Shown: positions 57,122 to 64,000 of the stretch, in pieces | Layout: each line of letters starts with the position of its first letter | How positions within the stretch are numbered: the first letter of the stretch is position 1 | Source of the DNA: Schmidtea polychroa | Taxonomy: Eukaryota | Assembly (NCBI GenBank): GCA_044892525.1 | Contig: CM097885.1 | Location: 11,968,001-12,032,000, forward strand | DNA length: 64,000 bases | Direction: 5' to 3' | Translations under genes and position numbers: made by a program | Notes under the pieces: model-generated | What the model was told of the DNA's origin: nothing | What the model saw: the letters and a program-made list of their open reading frames with translations, nothing else | The model's database searches: none

Positions 57122-57295
57122 ATGGTTAATAGATCTGAATTAAAAAATACACTTTATGGTGTTACAAGGTTTAGAAGAGTCCCAATCCCAATTTGAATTG
57201 AAGAATGGATTGAACAATACAGTCAAAATCATGAACCAGCAATGTTGGATTTAATGCATTTTATTAAAAAAACATATCTTCTAGTAAATCATTAG
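57122..57295 (+). pseudogene. Fragment resembling cohesin subunit SA (STAG/Scc3) N-terminal region
   Basis: TLYGVTRFRRVPIPI*IEEWIEQYSQNHEPAMLDLMHF aligns without gaps to the recalled STAG segment [38 protein letters not shown]. In-frame TGA at 57194. Confidence 0.6.
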
Positions 57296-60200
57296 AAACT
57301 TCAATGCTTTTAATATCATCAACATCATCATGAAACTCATTCATATAAATGTGTATTATTATACTTTATAATTGTCTTTGTTCATTTTTATGAAAAAAGA
57401 ATGTCGGACTTGTTTGCCACGGCGGTTGTCAGCTGCAGTTTACGTGGTAAAAGTTTTAGTCTGATGATTTCTTTATTTTTAGTATTAAAACTTCGTGAAT
57501 TTTTTGGGCAACTTTTGCACATAGACTGTACATTGCCAATTTACATGTTTAGGTGAGTCCAAAAAATGGTTGTGCCTAGCGCACCGTTTTCTGTTATACA
57601 ACAATGTTCAGTTTTCATAATAATTCTAGGCGTCTCACAATTACATATCTCATTGATTAATACTTGGAAACCATATGTTGAATATTATATAGATACAATA
57701 GCAAATTATTAATTTAAAACTTTGCTTTACATTACTAACCACTTATGCAGTAAAACACATTTACACATTTAATTAAGCATTTAGGATTGACCAATTTTAT
57801 TTTGCGTATTTATGATGGATCAATTCTAAACACGTAGTTTACAAGTTGTACTGGATTTTTTCTGATATGATATGATTTATTATATATACATTTTTTATTT
57901 ATTAAATAATGTCAGTTGTTTACAATTTTATATAAATGATAATAATTATAAATTTTAGCAGAAGATTAGGTTTTTTAACTTGTTACAATCACATTTTAGC
58001 AAGAGATTTGAAACGCTATATCGGCTTTACACAGTTTTTTTCTTTCCTATTGTCTTTTCTATTGCAAGAAAATTTATATATTTTACAAATTAAATTTAAT
58101 AATTTAACAAATATTCGGATATTTAAAAATACGACGGGCCATATTATTTTCCCCTTCAATAACTGAAATTCAATTAAAATTTGTCTCTAGAAAAAAAATT
58201 CCATCAAAATGAAAACAAATTAATTTAAATTAATGGAAATTAAATCAATAATGGAAATGAATTTTTTTTTTGATAATAATTTTAATGTCAAATTCTATAG
58301 AAAAATTTTTAAAAATTTTTTTTTAATTTAAAAAAATTTTAAATATCAAAACTCAAGTTTTTTTGGAAAGAAAATCAATAAAATAAAATGAAAAATTCCC
58401 ATTTGTTTTTTATTCTTTGTTTATCGATTCAGATCCAACACTTTGTGTGTTGGAAAAATTATGTTTTATCAAACATTTTTTTACTGAAAAGGAAATTCTC
58501 GGCAGTGGCTATTATGAGAGAAAGTAGTAAAACCAATCTCTACAAGATTCATAAAAGCCGATTTAATTTTTGGCGGTTTGGAATTCTGGCTCAGTAAAAT
58601 TAAATAATAAACACGGAAGTTGCTTGTTCACAACATTAGCTTTCTATTTGGCTTTTTCGTAACCGTTGATATTTTTTGTGAAACATTTTCAAAAAAAAGA
58701 ATATAAGTGACATATTGATATTTTGTAACGAAAATTATGACGACATAATTATTTTATCCAATGTCATTAATGATAACAATAATACTTATTAAAATAAATG
58801 TCATTTATAACATATATATTTAAAATATTTCTCGACACATACAATTAACTCCAGGAATTTAATAATTTAAACAAAATATGCATTTATTCAATGTTAATTA
58901 CAAATAAATTATTTTAATAAAAAAAATAAATTTTCAGTTTTCTACTAGAATTTTGAAATAGTATTTTTTCACTGATAATATTATGCGCATAAATATTACT
59001 CATTCTGCTATATCGATAATATTCCAGATTCTGTAAATATATCGTTAAATTTTATATTTGTTAATATGTAATTTTCTCTATAAATTGTTTTCGTTAAAAT
59101 TATTTCTAAATGTTATACTATTTTTTTTAAAAATTATGTTTATTTTAGTTTTTATTTATGTCACATAAAAAAAGAAATTGTGAGAATGAATTGCTATTTT
59201 TTATCTGTATTTAGACAATAAGGTTATTTGTACAAAATTGTGTGTTTAAAAATATACGCAAGTTTTCAAACGAATACAGGCTGAGATATTATTATTTAGT
59301 GTATGAATGTAATTTACTGTTTATTACAAATAGGAAGATTTAAGTAGGTACTTTGATTAGTAAAAGTTATCGTTTTTGAACTCACATGTTAGACTTACAT
59401 ACTTAGATTTAGTCTTGAGTTGACAAAGAAGAAACCTAATTCTTAGTTATTCTGTTTTGTCAGATAATAGCACCATAGCAAGGGGTATTTTTAATATAAT
59501 GCAAATTATTATTATGGACATTAAATTATATCACTTACCTAAAAGAGTGACAAAATTATATAATATCTCAAATAAAGTTAACTGATATTATTAGGTTTTA
59601 AAATTCATATTAATTCTTCTTTTTGGAACTCTCTCTGTTGATATAAAATCAAGATAATCAAATTGAATAAAATATCATTCGTAGACAAATTCCCGCACAG
59701 AATTTCATAATAGACAAATACCGATATTATTATTCTATTATCTATTTTAATTTAATTACTGAATCAAACAATTATTTTCTGAATATTAATTTGCCGTCTG
59801 GGTTTAAACAATTATAAAACAAAATCTCTTTTTCGAAATAAAATTCAAAAATAAAATAAAATTTAAAAACTTCTAATAATTATAATATTTATGGAAAAAT
59901 TCAATTATAAATAAATACAAACCAGAAAATGACAAAAATTTTAATAATAAAGATATTTTTTTATATATTTTTATCAGAATATTTTTAAACGGATTTAAAA
60001 CTTGGAGGGGGTCGATATACAATATATTTTTATTTTATTTATATTTATTATAAATAATTAATTATATATTATCAATGTTTACATTTTGGAATTTTTATTA
60101 AAAATACCAAAAATCGAAATAGATCATTTTTCTTGCTAATCCAAATCAGAAAATCATTGTATTTTGTCTTAAGATATTTTATCATTTAAATTAATCACGA

Positions 60201-61040
60201 AATAACAGAAAGAGTTGATCGTTGAAACAAAAAGCCTCTTGGCAATACTTTTAATAATTGTATATCTTTTTCTGAAAGCAGTTTTTTTCTCATTAATTTT
60301 TCACTCACTTATTTATAATTGAATAAAAGTTACTGAAAGGCAGTATTTATTCGCGTTTTTATTATAAAATACCGATAAAATAATATTTTCATTTTTTAAA
60401 ATTAAAATTTTATAATTTGCAAAATTGAAACAATTTTTTATTTTATAATTAATGTCGTTCAAAAATGTTTAATTAAATTATATTTCCCGTTTAAGAAATA
60501 ATTTAAAAACATTTGGTAGTTTGCCAAAATGATCAAAAATAACTTTTGAGTAGTTATCAATAAATTCTTTATTGTTAAACTATATATTAACTTCACTTTG
60601 TATGTATGTTTAAATGTTAAAATTAATTAAATAATTCGATTTATTACTAAAGTATCAAAATCACTTTAAATGAAACAAATTAAATTTTTTTATTAATAAT
60701 GCTATTATTTTTTTTATCATTTACTATTCTAGTGATACATTTTATTCGATAACACTTATAATTAAAACAAATTGATTTCTAAATAATATTTATCCAATCA
60801 AATTCAAATGATATCTTAAGCAATATCATCATTCAATTTCAACATACAACAGAAACCCGAATATTTATAAATAGATTTTGCAACATTTTATCAAACTGTA
60901 TGTACATTCTGTAAATACAAGGCTGAAAAAAGTCAATCTTGCATATTTCTTAATGTACCCAATAATTAATTTATTTACTTAAAATAGTAACTAGTTTTGA
61001 ATAAAAAGTATTTTTTTAATATTCTGCACTTAATTTTAAG

Positions 61041-61312
61041 ATGTGAAATTACATCACCATTCCGATTGTTTGACAATCTCAAAAGTGATGAAAAAAAACT
61101 CCAGGTCTTCTATCCACCGACTAAACTTTCTCTGGCCATGGCAACTGAAAATTCAATGCGATCAGGAACATTCAATGCTTTCCATTGCCAAACCGATGAG
61201 TCCAATCCTGCGCCAGAAATAACATGGACAAAATATGATTGCGAAAATGAAATTTTTAATTACCAAATTGAAAGAGCGAAACTTTTAAAATGCGCTTTCA
61301 AAATCATTCAAA
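61041..61312 (+). CDS. Nephrin-like protein exon H (gene continues beyond window)
   Basis: ttaAG acceptor, GTGAGT donor. Completes Y-R-C with exon G, then LQVFYPP...FHCQTDESNPAPEITW. Phase 2/1. Confidence 0.9.
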
Positions 61313-63039
61313 GTGAGTATGACAAAACAAATTTTAAAACATTCACCATGTTTCATAGAAATATTCACTAAAACAAAAAATATTTTTCAAATTATTTTAA
61401 TATATTCATTACACTTCATTAATGTATAATTTGTTTTATATATTGTAATAAAAGTTATTTGTTATAATGTTATAATGTTATTAATGTTAACATTATAATG
61501 TTACAATACCTTTTTTCAGTTATTTTTTATATGCAATAACTCATTTTTAAAGTCTGTTTTTGAAGTCATTAAATTTAAAAAAATATTTCTTTATACATTT
61601 TAAAATCGCAAAGACAGTTGTCATGTTATCATTTGATTTTAAAATTAATGTTCATAAAATTTCTTTATAACCGATTATTTGCCACACCTTTACGCATATG
61701 ATGAGGTGCATTTTTCTTTAAAAGCCATTTTAGGGTTTGGTTAAATGTCATTCATGATCATTTTAAACCTGATTTGCCATTTATTAACAATAAATTAAAA
61801 ATAAATGTTTTTCATTTTTTTTATTTGTTTTAAAAAAATAATTCCATTAATTCATAGTTTTTTTCTTTGTGACATATCACGGCAACTTTTAATTTAATTT
61901 TTAATTTAAATAAATAGTTAATTTGTTAATAATTTCAATAATTTCTTAATTACAGCCACATAAATTTGTAGGATTAAAATATTAAGCTGAAAAAGCAATG
62001 GCGTACTGTAATTTTGTTTTAAAGAATTATGTAAAGTTTACGGTAACGAAGATCTATTTAATAAATGAAAAAGGCTTTAAAAAATTTTATTGTTAAATAA
62101 AAATTAAAAACTATATATGTAGATATTTATTAAAATGCTTGAAGACTATGAATCAGTAAAAATTTTGATTTTTTGGCTCTGCCATTTTCAATAATTTGTG
62201 AATATCAAAAACATCGATATATTTACTGATTCATAGTCTTCAAGTTTTTACGAATAGTCACTCCAAAATAACACATACTACAAAATACTATACTGCTTTA
62301 GGGATAAATAAGGACACAGACTTGGGTTAGGCTTTAAATTTTACTGCATTTAGATTGGATATGTTCTGAAATATGAAAAATCTACGAATAATGATTTCGA
62401 AATTATTTGAAAATTTTTATTGACTTTTAAATAAGAAACATCTTTGAACCACGAAAAGTGCATTTTCTGTGCTTTTCGTTAAAAATAATAAAAATATGTC
62501 ACTGTCTTAGAAAAGAGTGTAAAAAAGAAAGAAAGAACGTTTTGTATATGTAAATATTTGATATATTTACTTTGAAACATTATTCATAACATTTAATCAG
62601 GCAAATCAAGAAAGGAAATAATTAATTATATTACAATAATAATTAATTTAAAATATAGAAATCGACCAAAATTAAAATTAAAATTTTCCGAAAAATCCTT
62701 TTTTGCATTTGGTACCATTTGGCGCCTCTCTGTGTGTGGCATGATAGACTCCCTTGCTCCCTTCAATACGCAACCTTTTGCAAATCTGATAAAAATGTTA
62801 TTTATTAATGTAATCTTAAATGGAATTTAAAAAACAGATAGTTTTCAAAATGTGAAGTTTTGTAAGACAACGGAAATTTTGGAACGCTGACCGTCTTAAA
62901 ATAAACTGCAAATAGACTTATTGCAAATTCTTCTTTAAAGCTGAATTCTTTACCGGTCATGTTAGCTTTATTGTCATATCCTCGGAAATAAAAATATTTT
63001 TCCTATTCATTTAACTCAATTATGAAAACAAACAATGTA

Positions 63040-64000
63040 CACCCAACTCTTTTTTACACGGTCTTTTTTTACACGATTTTGAAATAACACGGTCCACAAA
63101 AAAGGCACAAATCTTCTTTTTTTGCACGAAATATTCGGTTTAACACTATTTCCAAAAAAATTATGGATAGTATTACTCATGCTTCTTTTGCCATAAAACA
63201 ACTGCGGACTTCTACCTTAAATGCTTGTTGGAAGAAAATATGGCCAGCATGTGTTAAAATTAGTAACTCTGTAATACAAAATGCAGTTGTGTGTTCTGAA
63301 ATTGTAACGCTTTCACACGAAATTGGTGGTGAGGGCTTTGAAAATATGCAAGTTGCGATATAGAGAAGTTGATGCTTGAAAACTTTTAGATGATGAGGAC
63401 TTGATTGAAGCTATAACAGTTAATGGTATTAATGAGAACCATAGTGACGAAGACGAAGGTGAAGGTGAAATGCATCAACTAACTTCTGATTTAATTCGCG
63501 ATGGCTTAAAATTTGGTACCAGTATGGAACAATTTTTTCTCTCTCATGATCCTAACTTGGAACGTGCATTAAAACTCCAACGGAATTTACAGGTTTGTAT
63601 GGCTGGCTATCAATAACTTTATAAGGAAGTTACAATAGCAATAATAACAATGCCAGCTTATAACAGATTTTATCATAAGAAAACCAATATCAGATTTGGT
63701 AGACCTAAGTGAGTAAAGCAATTTTAGTCAGTCTATAATAAAGTAGTGATTATAAAGTAGTGATAATAAATATTAGTTGCTAATTAAGACTTATATTTCG
63801 AATTTGAATTTAATTTATATGTATTTATGAATAAAAATTTTATTTGTTTTTTACTTATGGACTAAAATTACTATTATTATCTATTTTTAATAAAAACATG
63901 TATGGATTATATTTTGTAAAACTTATATAATATGGTTTCAAGATTTACTATTTTTTTGCACGGTTTTTTAGAACAACTAATGGTTCCTTTTTCTATTTTA
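63040..64000 (+). mobile_element. Degenerate Tigger/pogo-like element (right end not seen)
   Basis: TA + CACCCAACTCTTTTTTACACGG terminus. Broken ORFs with TLNACWKKIWPACV, GGEGF and DPNLERALK...CMAGY resemble the Tigger transposase C-terminus. Confidence 0.8.

Overview
Very AT-rich, intron-rich eukaryotic (animal) genomic DNA. The composition, long (AAT)n tracts and repeat landscape suggest a planarian-type flatworm, but this is inference only. The window lies inside one large + strand gene encoding a nephrin/Sticks-and-stones-like multi-Ig adhesion protein. Eight coding exons (8344-61312) splice in phase through GT-AG sites to about 586 codons, and the gene begins and ends outside the recognised exons. 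The introns hold many mobile elements: a near-intact Buster/SPIN-type hAT transposon (565-3159, one frameshift), a full-length hATm-like transposon (18155-22560) whose transposase is split by a 1.2-kb TG..CA insertion with a 5-bp TSD, Tc1/IS630, Tigger and Chapaev3-like remnants, and several MITEs. The most notable signal is a dispersed short element carrying a minimal type I hammerhead ribozyme: two intact copies (23405-23446, 36073-36114), each embedded in microsatellites, and one decayed copy (about 51436-51479). Two intronless host-gene fragments are also present (proteasome alpha-6-like and cohesin STAG/SA-like). All calls were made by eye, without database searches.
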